From Lytechinus pictus (lineage: Eukaryota): a DNA stretch of 64,000 nucleotides. The stretch is from contig NC_087245.1 of NCBI RefSeq assembly GCF_037042905.1, positions 29,638,001 through 29,702,000 on the forward strand, in the 5' to 3' direction. The notes beneath the pieces were generated by a model. The model was not told the DNA's origin. It did no database searches and saw nothing but the letters and a program-made list of their open reading frames with translations. The number at the start of each line of letters is the position of its first letter. Positions within the stretch are counted from its first letter, which is position 1. Of the stretch, positions 27,059-39,068 are shown in pieces. The position numbers and the translations under genes are program-made.

Positions 27059-27284
27059 CTAAGAAGCAATCAATTAACATTAAAATTATCAATATAAGTC
27101 TTAAATAGTGCAAGGCCAATGAATCACATCTGGGTCTTATTTCCTAAAGACTTTGATTATGGTAACATTGTCTTTATGGTATCTAAAGTGGAAACCTCGA
27201 TTTTGACTAGCTGCTGGGCCATGGGTTCAAAGCCCATGCAGAAGTGGCATAATATCTTTCAGCAAGAAATTAGTCCACAATAAT

Positions 27285-27530
27285 AACAATAGCAGGCATT
27301 TATATCACACCTTCTCTATTCCAAGGTGCACTATTATTATCATTACCCCAGCTTTAGCTCAAGTTGCCGTTTCCTGTGCTGTGCATTCAAGAAATCAATT
27401 CTGCCGGGTACCCATTCGCCTCACCTGGGTTGAGTGCAGCCTGAAGGAAACGACACCATTGCTTAGATTCCCACCCATCATACTCTGTTTAAAAGTCCAG
27501 AGACTGAGTCACAGGGCCACAAAACTCCAC
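27285..27530 (-). mobile_element. SINE family B, antisense orientation to +
   Basis: gggtacccattcgcctcacctgggttgagtgcagc is the reverse complement of the family core; aataat tail at the left. Confidence 0.7.
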
Positions 27531-27576
27531 AATACCCCCCCTCCCCTCCACCCCAAAATTGTCAGAAAATGCTTAC

Positions 27577-27706
27577 TCTAAACATCTCTTGATGAAGTCT
27601 AAGAACTGAGGATCGCCTGTCTTGACTGCATAACCTAGATCCTTTGTGTTGGGTCTCCTCTTCTTTCCTTTACTGTTTGTAATGCACCTTGGGTTCCCTC
27701 TTGAAT
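27577..27706 (-). CDS. DYRK4: DYRK4-like exon (DSRGNPRCITNSKGKKRRPNTKDLGYAVKTGDPQFLDFIKRCL)
   Basis: Short DYRK4-type CMGC insert; gatag / GA|gtaagc. Confidence 0.95.
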
Positions 27707-27956
27707 CTATCATAAAATATACAAATAAGATCATCGGATAACCATTAATTATAACAACCACCAACAAATAAGACCACCTTTCTGTTTGTTTACGAATACT
27801 GCTTCTCATTGGAGTATTATTACATACAAGAAAACTGTCTATAGATGACTTGCTATAGAGACCAATTTTACTGGTTCAATTAATCTATGGCAAAGAGCCA
27901 TTCAGAAAAAATTGGTCTTTCTTTAATTGCAAACCGAAGTATCTGATTGTAGATCA

Positions 27957-28130
27957 GGGGACCGTTTCATAAAGCTGTTCGTAAGTTAAGAACGACTTTA
28001 AGAACAACTGGTGAACCTTTCTTACGTGCTAAACCATTGCAGATGAATGTACCATTTTCCACAAGAAAAGTCCACCAGTCGTTCTTAAAGTCGTTCTTAA
28101 CTTACAAACAGCTTTATGAAACACCTGCCC
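27957..28130. mobile_element. Harbinger-like palindromic MITE
   Basis: ~60-bp arms gtttcataaagctgttcgtaagttaagaacgactttaagaac and its reverse complement. Confidence 0.85.
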
Positions 28131-28340
28131 ACGAGACTCTGCTGGGTTTTTTTTAATGACCTTTATGTCAAAATAATAAAACATGCCTAGATAAGATTAC
28201 ATTATGTGTCAATGCAACTGTAATAGCATTGCAGTCAAATTAATTTGACTTTTAAACAAAGAGCATCGAGTTGTTTCTGTCTGTAATACTTTGTTATTTG
28301 ATGTTCTGAAAGATCGTAACTAGGTATGTCAAGCTCTTAC

Positions 28341-28401
28341 CAAAGAATAGTCTTCTCCTTTGAGCTTCTTCAATGATGTGAGGTGGAGGAAGTCCAAAGA
28401 T
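28341..28401 (-). CDS. DYRK4: DYRK4-like exon (IFGLPPPHIIEEAQRRRLFF)
   Basis: ttccttcag / G|gtaaga; 61 nt, phases fit; typical DYRK GLPP...RR..FF segment. Confidence 0.95.
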
Positions 28402-28870
28402 CTGAAGGAAATAAATTGATGAAGAAAAACAATGAGAATGAGGTATCTACATATAAATACACCAAGCAAGTAAAATTAATTGACTTGAGAAATTGATACT
28501 AAGAATGATTCTCCTTTCAAACAATGAAAACACACTTTGCAATGAACTTTACTTACCTCTCTTTCATATAGAATGGGTTATGAGATGGTGTGTCTGATGA
28601 TATATCCATTGCACAAATTAAACCATTTTTAAAATTTTGAGAAATGACAATTTGACAATTATAGGAATTTCTATCACACAACATATAACAACCACTTGTC
28701 TGTGACATCACAAAATCAAAAATTTGAAAATTAATAACTGTTATTCTTTAGCAGATTTTCATCAAGATTTCACTACTATTTTTCTGTATTTTAATTCTGC
28801 ATTTATTAAAACTAACTTATTATCCGGGTGGAGTTGCCCTTTAATAAATTTAATGTTATTATTACAATCA

Positions 28871-29101
<231 letters not shown>

Positions 29102-29399
29102 TTAAAGTGTGCCGTTAGCCATGTGGTCTAAGAAGCCATGGTGGCGCCTTGTTGGAGTGGTCTAAGGCACCTGACAAGAAATATGAAAATTTGGGTTCAA
29201 TCCCTGGCCACGGCACCTCTTTCCAAGAGAGTGATTAACTGATAAAATACAATATTTAATCAGCATGAAGGCATACTAATGTTTCATGATAGGTATGGAT
29301 GCGAGTAGTAGTGCTATTGCCTATTTTTATAGAACAAGTCTATTCTGCAAAAACATCGTGTTGAAAATGTTTGATCTATTTCTCTTTGTATTTCCATCC

Positions 29400-29457
29400 C
29401 TCTTTCTAGTTCTTCCTCCATCTTTCCCTCTCTCACTCTATCTTCTCTGCCTATATG

Positions 29458-29491
<34 letters not shown>

Positions 29492-29665
29492 TTTCTCTCA
29501 ATGGCTGTCTCTGTCTGTCTTTCTCACTGTGTCTGTTTCTGTCTTTCTCTTTTTCTCATTCTGTCTGTATGATTGTATGCCTCTCTCTCTCTCTCTTTCT
29601 GTCTATCTTTGTCTGCCTCTCTGTCTGTCTTTCACGTCTCTCTCTCTCTTTCACTCACTCTCATT
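29400..29665. repeat. Degenerate (CT)n/(CTGT)n microsatellite in an intron
   Basis: Visible ctctctctgtct runs. Confidence 0.9.
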
Positions 29666-29691
29666 ATCTTCATGCTGCTCTGTATACTTAC

Positions 29692-29912
29692 CTCTCTGGT
29701 GTTCATAGCAACTGGAGCCAAAGTCAATGACCTTGATTGAACTCTGACCCTTTTGTCTGAGTAGTATGTTCTCTGGTTTAAGATCACAGTGGATGATGTG
29801 TTCTTTGTGTAACATGCGTAGGCACTGCAGCAGGGAGAAGGCAAACCGACGGATGAGGGCAACGCTGAAGCCCTGGAAGTTGTTTTTCTTGATTAATTCA
29901 TACAGATTCATA
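29692..29912 (-). CDS. DYRK4: DYRK4-like exon: subdomains V-VII ([16 protein letters not shown]...[13 protein letters not shown]...[14 protein letters not shown])
   Basis: HCDLKPEN and DFGSSC signatures; ctgcag / G|gtaagt. Confidence 0.98.
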
Positions 29913-30002
29913 CTGCAGGATTGGGGTAAAAGAAATGGTAGAATTTGCTCATAGAGTGATAAACAGACATTTATTTTGTTTTATTTTATCATTGTGTTCA
30001 TG

Positions 30003-30058
30003 TTCATCATCATCATCACTACCACCAATACCATCAATATTATCATCATCCTCATTAA

Positions 30059-30115
<57 letters not shown>

Positions 30116-30219
30116 CACATCATCATCACCATCAATGTTATCATCATCCTCATTAACATCATCATCGTCATCACCACCACCACCAACACCATCAATATAT
30201 CACCACCACCACCACCACC

Positions 30220-30250
<31 letters not shown>

Positions 30251-30320
30251 GCAGCATCATCACCACTTCAACCATCATTATCATTTTCATCATCATCACC
30301 ATCCTCCTCCTCCTCCTTTC
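30003..30320. repeat. Compound (CAT)n/(CAC)n microsatellite in an intron
   Basis: Visible catcatcat and caccaccac runs. Confidence 0.95.
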
Positions 30321-30394
30321 CTCTCCTCAATGATTCTCAGGTATAATAATCTTTCTCTCGTTCTCAAAGCCAAATCGTCGAGGTTTATACTCAC

Positions 30395-30535
30395 CCTAAT
30401 AATTCAAACGTGATACATAAATGGTTTCTAAAGTAGAAGTATTCTCTCATGTGGATCACGTTGTGTGAGTTGTCTCTGTCTTTTCTCCTTAGCGCATCTA
30501 GTATCTTGACTTCTATTAATGCCTGGTGGTGAAAT
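30395..30535 (-). CDS. DYRK4: DYRK4-like exon: subdomains III-V ([46 protein letters not shown])
   Basis: [16 protein letters not shown] motif; atcag / GG|gtgagt. Confidence 0.97.
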
Positions 30536-30928
30536 CTGATCACATAAGAAACAAAATTAATATTGATAATTGTTATTCATAGTATAAACAATAAACAAAT
30601 TGCACTACACATATAAGTGTTGATGTAGAGTGCATAAAATCATAATAAAAAGGAATAAATGCAGTTTCGAATTTTCTTACATTCATATTTTTTTACCGAC
30701 CACATGAAAATACTTCATCATTCAGAAAATAAATATTGCTCTTTGTAATGATCAAAATCATACTTTACAAATAAATGTTACTGTACAATATAGAAATTCA
30801 CACTAAATTCTCTTTTTCAAGAAAGAATACATGGTATATGAAATAGCGGTTTATTCTCCATCCAAAAATTCAGGAGCTAAAAAAACAGTGAACAGGGGAG
30901 AAAAAACCAGTAAAATATAATCTACTCA

Positions 30929-31078
<150 letters not shown>

Positions 31079-31873
31079 TTAATCATGATGAATTCAACAC
31101 CAATCAATAATTGCAGCATTTTTTAACTTGAATAACTGTGTTGGTGCAATTCCATTTCTTTTAGTTGATCTTTAGGGGCTGATGTTACCATCATGATATG
31201 ATGAAAAGTCACCGATATTTACCAAATGATAACCCATAATTTACATAAATAGAAGAAAGTGAGAAAGTTAAAAGAAATCCATTTCATATCCATCTTAAAT
31301 CAGACGGTAAATAAATAAATAAAAAATAAATGTTTATTGAATAAATTTGATATTCTTTTCTTATCAGATCAAAATATGTATAACCTAAATCAACAACAGC
31401 TTTAATGAGAAAGCAAAACTAAATTCATTCCATATCCATCTTAAATCCTCCCTTTCCCACAAAAAGGAAAAGATTTTACATAAATCAAACTATCTAGGAC
31501 AGACCCATGAACCGCTGCCTTTTAACACGATATCTCAATTTGAGGAAACAATCACTCAACATTCTAATAAAGGCTGATTGTCTTTTTTGACGTCAAACTA
31601 AAAACGTGACATTTTGATGAATCAGGTCCAATTAGATCATACAATTACCAGCTTTTGTGTTTGAAATTCATTTCAAGGCTACTTTAATTAAATCAACATT
31701 ACGCGATTCGATGAGCCAGCATAATGGCCTCGTAACACAAGGTGGGGCATTGCAATATTTGTAATATTGTGGTTTCTTGCTAATGAAAGTTGATTGGGGG
31801 TTAATTATAGGTCGATACACAGAAGCCAGTGCAGAAGGAGATAATGGCAAAGATCGTTTTAAATGCTGACCTG

Positions 31874-32079
31874 GGGGTGTTTCACAAAAAGTATGACCTA
31901 GAGTAGCAGTTAAAAGTTGACGCGTATATGATATACAACGCGCAATCATATTGATCAATACGCAGAAGCGCGCATCCTCTTGGCACGATCAGACCAATGC
32001 GGTGATGGCTTTTACACCGCACGCAACTAGGTATTTAAGTGCGACTCTAAGTCATACTTAAATCCTTGTGAAACACCCC
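31874..32079. mobile_element. Harbinger-like MITE
   Basis: TIRs ggggtgtttcacaa / ttgtgaaacacccc; CTG target duplication. Confidence 0.85.
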
Positions 32080-32475
32080 CTGGTGTTATACCAATAGCAT
32101 AAATCATGAAACATATATCTATAGCGGCATGAATTTTTCTTAAAGGGTTTTTCTGCTTTTAAATGTTTTATTCATGTCGTACAAGCTAGGCTTTTGAGTG
32201 AATACCTCCATTTCGACAGATAGTCATCTATTTCTATTCAAAGTCATCTCATCAGGATATTTAGCAAAAGAGAGTGTCACCAAATGTGCATTACATCATT
32301 CATGATTTTTAAACATCTGAATGAAACACCCACTTGTGCCCGATATCCTAAAACTTAGCAATTGATCAATGGGAAGTAATCTACGATTAATCACATTGAA
32401 TATTGTGTACGATCAATCTTAAAAATCGGTCCTATGATCAATGTTATGTTATGGGGCCCGGATAATGAAACATAC

Positions 32476-32639
32476 CTTAATATATGAGCCATTCTCATCA
32501 TCATAGCCATTATTCTGTGACGCCCCCTGGACACCCTCGACTTTCTTGGCCTCTGGGCCCAAGAACCAGACCTCCTGGTAGTCCAGGATCTCTGCTTCTT
32601 CAAAGACCGTCAGCTTGTCTCGGTAGTACATCATGGCTT
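32476..32639 (-). CDS. DYRK4: DYRK4-like exon: NAPA region and DH-box (AMMYYRDKLTVFEEAEILDYQEVWFLG...YDDENGSYIK)
   Basis: Class II DYRK NAPA/DH motifs; tacag acceptor, AAG|gtatgt donor. Confidence 0.95.
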
Positions 32640-33162
32640 CTGTACCGTAATCATTAAGGGGAAAGAGGGAAAGTGAGTACTAACCAGGAATATGTTCTGA
32701 TCTAAGAAATGGTTCATCAGTGTTTTTCAGTGTTTTAAACATCACTTTCTGTGTTCTTCATGGACATGTACAAAGCATATGATAAAGTAATCATAAGCAG
32801 TGAAAATTTTAGAAAAACAAAAGTTACCATGCAGGTACAGCTTGGCAAACACATGCAAAACCCTATAAAAGGATTGACGAGCAGACTTTTCACTTATGCA
32901 CTGTTGTGTTTTATTGGAAAATGCTTTGATTTTCTTGATTTTCACTGTATTTTTCGTATTTCAACTTGTTTTGCTCGGAAATTGTATTTTCTTTGAAATT
33001 TCACAAATTTTGTGAGATTGAACCTATTACCAAAGAGTGTAAAAGTAACAACAAAAGGTTGTTTAATAACGCCCATAGGTGTTGAAGTAACACCAGAGTA
33101 AAATGACTGGTGTGGTCCCCTATGTACACCAATCAACACCACGGATTTTATTGTGAACTTAC

Positions 33163-33227
33163 CATTTGGTTTCATATGTACTCTGCCTTCTTTCCCTTCG
33201 TTCTTAGATGTTCTTTTCAGTTCATCT
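33163..33227 (-). CDS. DYRK4: DYRK4-like exon (L-DELKRTSKNEGKEGRVHMKPN-E), phase 2-1
   Basis: tttacag acceptor, G|gtaagt donor; 65 nt exactly bridges the phases of the flanking exons; not represented as such in the ORF track. Confidence 0.88.
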
Positions 33228-33791
33228 CTGTAAATACATCAAATCAAATTCAATAAAATTCTATAAATGAAGCTATATATTTCATTACTGTTCATTTTAT
33301 CCTCATGTTCATATTAAGATGACAGATATTTAGTCTTTTTCTTCTAACATGAAATTGATATAAATTTGAAAAAAGGCCAAGTGGATAAATAGTGAAACAC
33401 TAAAACAGAATACATACATGTATCTTAAAATAATTGTGTGATCGTTTAAAAGTTAAGTCTGTTGAGCAATTTTAATATACCCCTTCACCCCCAAAATACT
33501 AATATTGTGAATAAATATACGGTACTCATTACATATCCCTTCCTGTCTCTCTCTCTCTCACTCCTTCTCTGTCCCCCTTTCTTTCCCTTTCTCCCTCCCA
33601 TCTCTTCCCTTCACTCCTTCCATCTCTCACCCTCCCCAGTGGATTTTGTTACTCCAAGATAGCTTATCAAACATCACTCATTTTTAGAATGCTGCCCTCT
33701 CTTGACCAAACTTGATAAACATGACAATTGACATGATTGGTTGAAAGTATCACCAGGGTAAACAAGGCCATGCCCTGTACAGGACCATGTA

Positions 33792-34378
33792 CAGTTGAGG
33801 CCAAAAGTTTACATACACCCATACAATTCAGTGAAATTTGTTCACTTGCCAAAAATCGAAACATTTACTAATCTTCAGAAATATAAATACTACCATGACC
33901 ATATCAAATGAAAGAGCATATTCAGCACTTTCACATGATTGGGATGACATTGGGATTTAAAGTGTATTTCAGGTGGAATTTTCTTCAAAAAAAAAGTAAT
34001 ATTCGGGCCAAATGTATTCTACTGTTTCATTATTATATTTTCAAAGAAATATATAAATGTCAAATCTACAATTTATGTTATATTATATGCCACCAGTGAA
34101 CAAAAAAGTGTAATCTGAAATGTTTGCGTTAAGACGTAACTAGATTTTGTCAAGTTTTTATTTTTAATTTGTCTAAAATATGAAGATATGAAGAAAATAT
34201 TTTCAGCTCCTGATGACAAAGCAATGTGACGAAGGGGCATGACATAGTTATTTGTTTGATATCAAATTCGTCATGATAGCACAAATATTTTATAAGACAC
34301 AGTAAATTTTATGATGTTTGGCAAGTGTAAACTTTTCTTTGAATTTCCTGGGTGTATGTAAACTTTTGGCCTCAACTG
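33792..34378 (+). mobile_element. Tc1/mariner-type non-autonomous element, copy 1
   Basis: Perfect TIRs cagttgaggccaaaagtttacatacaccc, TA on both flanks; colinear with 54142-54786. Confidence 0.93.
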
Positions 34379-34773
34379 TAGGTATACACTGTCATGAGGG
34401 AAAAAGAGTGTTTCCTATAGGGAGTGAACATGGGATCACTAAGTGTTTGCTAGTCATATAGTTTTGTGTTAAAATACATTTTCATCTAAAAGGTTCTACA
34501 TTAATCATTCAAAGCTCTTACTAAAAATATATTGAAAAAAAGAAGATATTTTAACAAATCAAATTATAAAAGAAAGCCCTTCACTGAAAATGGAAGAAAT
34601 TTCTACTAATATTAAAACTCCCCAAGGCTAAATGCTACTCCAGATTCAGTCTCAAATTACCATTTCAAATTATATTAAAATGTATTAAGAGGGGGATTAT
34701 TTGTCTTGGGGGGGAGGGGGTGTCCATATTCTATGTATAGTAGACAAATGGAAGAAAAAAAAGATTAACTTAC

Positions 34774-34967
34774 AATTTGGTAGGTTGTCTATGAGCCTTT
34801 ATATGTTCGCCAATGGTTGTCTGGTGAATACCAGAGGCAACTAGGTGCCCCTGAACATTGGTGAGCTGGGGTAAGGACTCCCCCATGGTGCTACTCTTAG
34901 GGCCTAAGGAAAGCTGAGGAAACGTGGTCTGACCTGAGGTCGCCGGTGGAAGACTGTTGGAGAGTTT
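34774..34967 (-). CDS. DYRK4: DYRK4-like N-terminal exon (KLSNSLPPATSGQTTFPQL...HRQPTK), phase 0-2
   Basis: Polypyrimidine tract + cag acceptor, donor gtaagt, 194 nt; phase matches exon 33163-33227. Confidence 0.82.
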
Positions 34968-37060
34968 CTGATATGGGGATGAAAGGAGAAATAAATGCAA
35001 AAAATTGAATAAAACTGGTTTTAAAAATGCAGACAGTGAAACAACAAGGGGAGCACTAGCAAACAGATGGGGGCCTTGAATTAAAGTTGTGTATCTAAAT
35101 GGTCAAAATTTTTGCTCGTTTGCTCCTTTTTAGAATTATTTTCTGCTACACCTCGTCTGGCTCATCGCGCCCCTGAAAGGGGGGTAAATAATAGGTAGGG
35201 AAGTAGGAGAGAGAAGAGGAGACAGAGTAGAGGGAAAAGGGCAAGAAAAGGGATCTCTGAAAAGGGAGTTGATGGAAAAAAAAATTTGTTCAAGAGGAAT
35301 GAATATCACTTGCAGTTTGCAGTGTTAGGCCTTGATAAAATGTCAAACAGCTTGAGAAGTGAAATAAGAAGATGCTATAGATAAAAAGGAGAAGAAAAGG
35401 GGGAAATAATTCTCTCTGTGGAATTATCATTTCAAAACACTTCTTCTGTAATATCAAAATATATATTTTCTCTTTCATAATTCTTAAAAATGCATTTTCA
35501 TTCCACTGCTATATTCCCATTCAATAACAAGCTGTAAACATGATATTTAAGATCGCCCTATCCCTTTCCAAGGCCATTGTAAAAAGCTCTAATACATGTG
35601 GCTTCTTAATTTCATCCTGATGCCGATCCTCGCTTGCCCAAGACGATTTCCAGGCTTTCTCCTCGCGGAATGAAAGAATGAATCCAAGAAAGTCTTCCAG
35701 CCTCCTCACTGCTAAGGTTTCAGCCTTAAAATAGCTATAGGAGGGCATGCAATATTGGTTCAACACTATATTCTCTTACAAATAAATATACAAGGTCTCT
35801 TTATTTTCCTCCTTTACCCCCCCCCCCCCCCTTCATCACTTTCTTCCTGCACTATCATGGGATTTATGCCAGAGCTGAAGTGGGTTAACAATCAACCACC
35901 CATGTTATTGAGACTTCAGTTAATGGGTAAGGAAAATTTTCCTTTATCACGATTCTCCCATAACATCCCCCAGTGGCAAGGCTAATTGGTTATCTATTCT
36001 TGAAAATAGTTTGTGCTGCCTACAAACGTACAAGTATTAATTGGTTCCTTGCAAGGCTACTACTGCCAATGAGAAATGCGGAGATATATTCCAACGGGTT
36101 AACTGGTTGCTTGTTCAAAATACCTTTTGCTGTAATTGTGAAAGGGTAAGACAGCATCTTATTTCTAAACATAGGAAATACATTTGGGCAATTCCATAGG
36201 TTGGTGGACATGAGCTCAATGTGTCTTTGTACATATAGCCCATCTGATCCGTAACATGAGTAACCACTTTATCTGCACCCCTAGTAAAAACCATGTGTTC
36301 TTTATGTTTTTAATTATATACAAATTTGTCTCCCTAATATACTTCTTTGAAATGGATATAATCAACTTTTATAAAAGCCTTGTATGAGGACACTTTTCAC
36401 TTATGTCCACTTTTCATTTTATGCATGTCCAAATTATGTAACATGAGTAACCGACACATTTCAAAGATTTGCCATGAGCATAATTAAATTTCCCAAGTTT
36501 TGTTTTCATACAAAGGATAGTCAGACTGCGTACTTTGTTGTGATAAAGAGATGTTTAGTTCCTATCAATAATAATGGAGTTACAGCTCCAAGTATAAGTC
36601 AAGGTGTCTCCAAATGTAACGTGGGTAACCGTGGAATAGCCCATTTGATTATTTGGGAATTACCAAGCCCTTTCGAAAATAGCCATTTAGAAATTTGTTT
36701 ATACAAGAAATGAAATCTGTTATCACAAATAATGATAGCAATAATAATAATAACAACATAACCAACAATAATGACCAACTTTTCTATAGTTGCCCCAAGA
36801 ACTACCACAAAATTATATTCAAGAATATTTGGAAAAATAAACATTATATATAGAGCAGTAAATGATACTTTGTACTTATCGCATAATTACTCATTACACT
36901 AAAAAGTAGCCACTGAAAAGAGAGAATTAGCCCTAAAAAATTTAGTAATCGTCGAAATGTGAATAAGAAAATAGCATTAAGAAATGAAAATTATTTACTG
37001 CCCTGTTTCCACAGTTCTATTATTATCGTTATTATATAAAAAATGATGATTGTTATCTAC

Positions 37061-37162
37061 CTCATTTTGAAGGCCATTGGCTCTCCGTCCAAGAACACCA
37101 TTGATCTGGATGGGCTGACTGGCTTTGACTGCTCCATTGCTTATGTGGTTCTTTTCTCGAGT
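37061..37162 (-). CDS. DYRK4: DYRK4-like N-terminal exon (TREKNHISNGAVKASQPIQINGVLGRRANGLQNE), phase 0-0
   Basis: Acceptor tttatcctaacag, donor GAG|gtagat, 102 nt open and in phase with the next exon; no recognisable homology. Confidence 0.7.
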
Positions 37163-37219
37163 CTGTTAGGATAAACAAGAAGAATAGACCAGATATTGCT
37201 ATTTGGTTTCAAATTTAAT

Positions 37220-37450
37220 TGTTGGAGCCCAGTGGATAAGCCTCTGAACTTTGAAATAGTGTCTGAGTTAGATTCCCAGGCATGCCATAATTTCTGTCAG
37301 CAAGAAATGGATCCATATTGTGCTTCACTGAACCCAGGTGAGGTAACTGGGTACCCGGTAGAATTAAGTGGTAGCTCGAGCTAAAGCTAGGGGTAAAAAT
37401 GGTTGCGCTTTGTATCCTCTGGCAAAAAGCACTAAAACAACAATGATATA
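37220..37450 (+). mobile_element. Decayed SINE family B
   Basis: cagcaagaaat...aacccaggtgaggtaactgggtacc core. Confidence 0.65.
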
Positions 37451-39050
37451 AGTATCAAAAGCAGCATAAAACGAAATAGAAGAAAAAATCTGCCTACTTC
37501 TAATAAACCCGAAGTCTCCATCCCATAAATGTATGTCGAACAGAATTAAAATCCATCAGTGTTTTCATTTCACCACAACTATACAATAAAATCCAATGGG
37601 AGTTTCAATTTCACTCAATTTCCACTGCCACAACCCACAATGCTGATAATTCTTTGCAAGTAAGAGCCAGGGTGATTCCGTCACTCAAATATCATTTCAC
37701 GTTGAATCCCTTGATATGGGTGGCATTAAAAGTACATTTGAAAATGGTCAGCAGCAAGTTGATTCTTTAGAATGACAACATGCTCTGTGATGTAATATAC
37801 AGCTACACAATTGACTTTAAATGACACCAAATTTAACCATCCATTCAAAACTCGACAACCAAAACTATCTTTCGATTCATTCAGAGCAGAAGTAATTAAA
37901 GTTGCCGACTGACAGCTCAGGGTACATCCTGGCATATCTTGTTTAGAGGTGAAATTCATTATGGAATTACAAATAGACTCGGGCAGGTGTTCTGCTCGTA
38001 TATCAAAGATAGAAAAACGGCTGCTGTTTGATTGTACAATTTGACTTGATACTATTCATCTTGCACAGAGGAGGCAAAAATAGCCGAATCGATAATGACA
38101 CAGGCTGCTTCATGTTTGGGTTTCATGATATTTGTTTCCAGTTGAAGATGGAGAAGTCAATTGAGCAGAGTTGAATTGATATTTCTAATGTCATATTTTT
38201 ATCAAAACAAAATTGGTGAAGAGAATTTCATTGGCATACTGCATGGGTATGTGCTTTTCCCCAGATATGTCCTCATTGTTATTGATATAATAATAATAAT
38301 GATAATAACTTAGTCTTGAACAAACTATATGAAAAACTACTAGTACGGTATTCAGAATTAATGATAATGGTTTGAAGAAATACACCAGGCAGAAAATTAT
38401 TCATTTTTTTCCAATTTCAGGGGCTACATGTCCTTTTCACAACATACATGCTAAATCTTTAACATTGCAGTGAATGGGTTTTTTCCAGGGCTATTTAGTG
38501 CATTAATGGTAATTTTTTCCCTGTAATATACTATCCTCATGATCATGATCATTGCCACATCACTTATCACAAATTTAGATATTATTTTAGAAAATGAAAT
38601 TCATTCAATATCTAGATCATCTTGTGATCTTTTATTTGATTGCAGGGCAATAAACCTTGCACTTCCTTTCATTTGCTTTATTTCCTAAATTGTATCCATT
38701 CCAAAAACTTTTAGATCAAGGGTGCATGGATTTGGCTTAGTTTGGGTCAATGATACATTGCCATTCAACTTGATTTTAATTTGTTTGGTTCTGGCGTTCA
38801 GATCTCACCCTAGCCAACAACATGTTTTGTCTTTGAATGATTCATTATATCTTGTTATTGCCTTGACTATTCTATCATGTCAATATTGAACCAACAGGTT
38901 TGGAAATCTATAGCTTTGCCAGAGTTTGACATTACAAAAGACCTCATTATTTAGATGACACTCGCCGAGGCCACAACATCAAAGGCCTATCTTCAGATAG
39001 AGCAAAGGAACGCTTTATTCCTCATTCAACGCCACAGACCGGTCACTCAC

Positions 39051-39068
39051 TTCTTGCTTCCATGGCAT
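39051..39068 (-). CDS. Candidate first coding exon of the DYRK4-like gene (MPWKQE)
   Basis: ATG preceded by an upstream in-frame TGA, strong GAA|gtgagt donor, phase 0 matching exon 37162, locally CpG-richer region. Confidence 0.35.

Noticed and set aside
29286..29730. Leu/Ser-rich plus-strand ORFs
   Set aside because: Artefacts of (CT)n repeats.
29935..30413. Plus-strand poly-His/poly-Ile/poly-Ser ORFs
   Set aside because: Translation artefacts of the intronic (CAT)/(CAC) microsatellite.
35521..35766. 81-aa minus-strand ORF as an extra DYRK4 exon
   Set aside because: No convincing donor site, and the flanking exons already join in frame without it.
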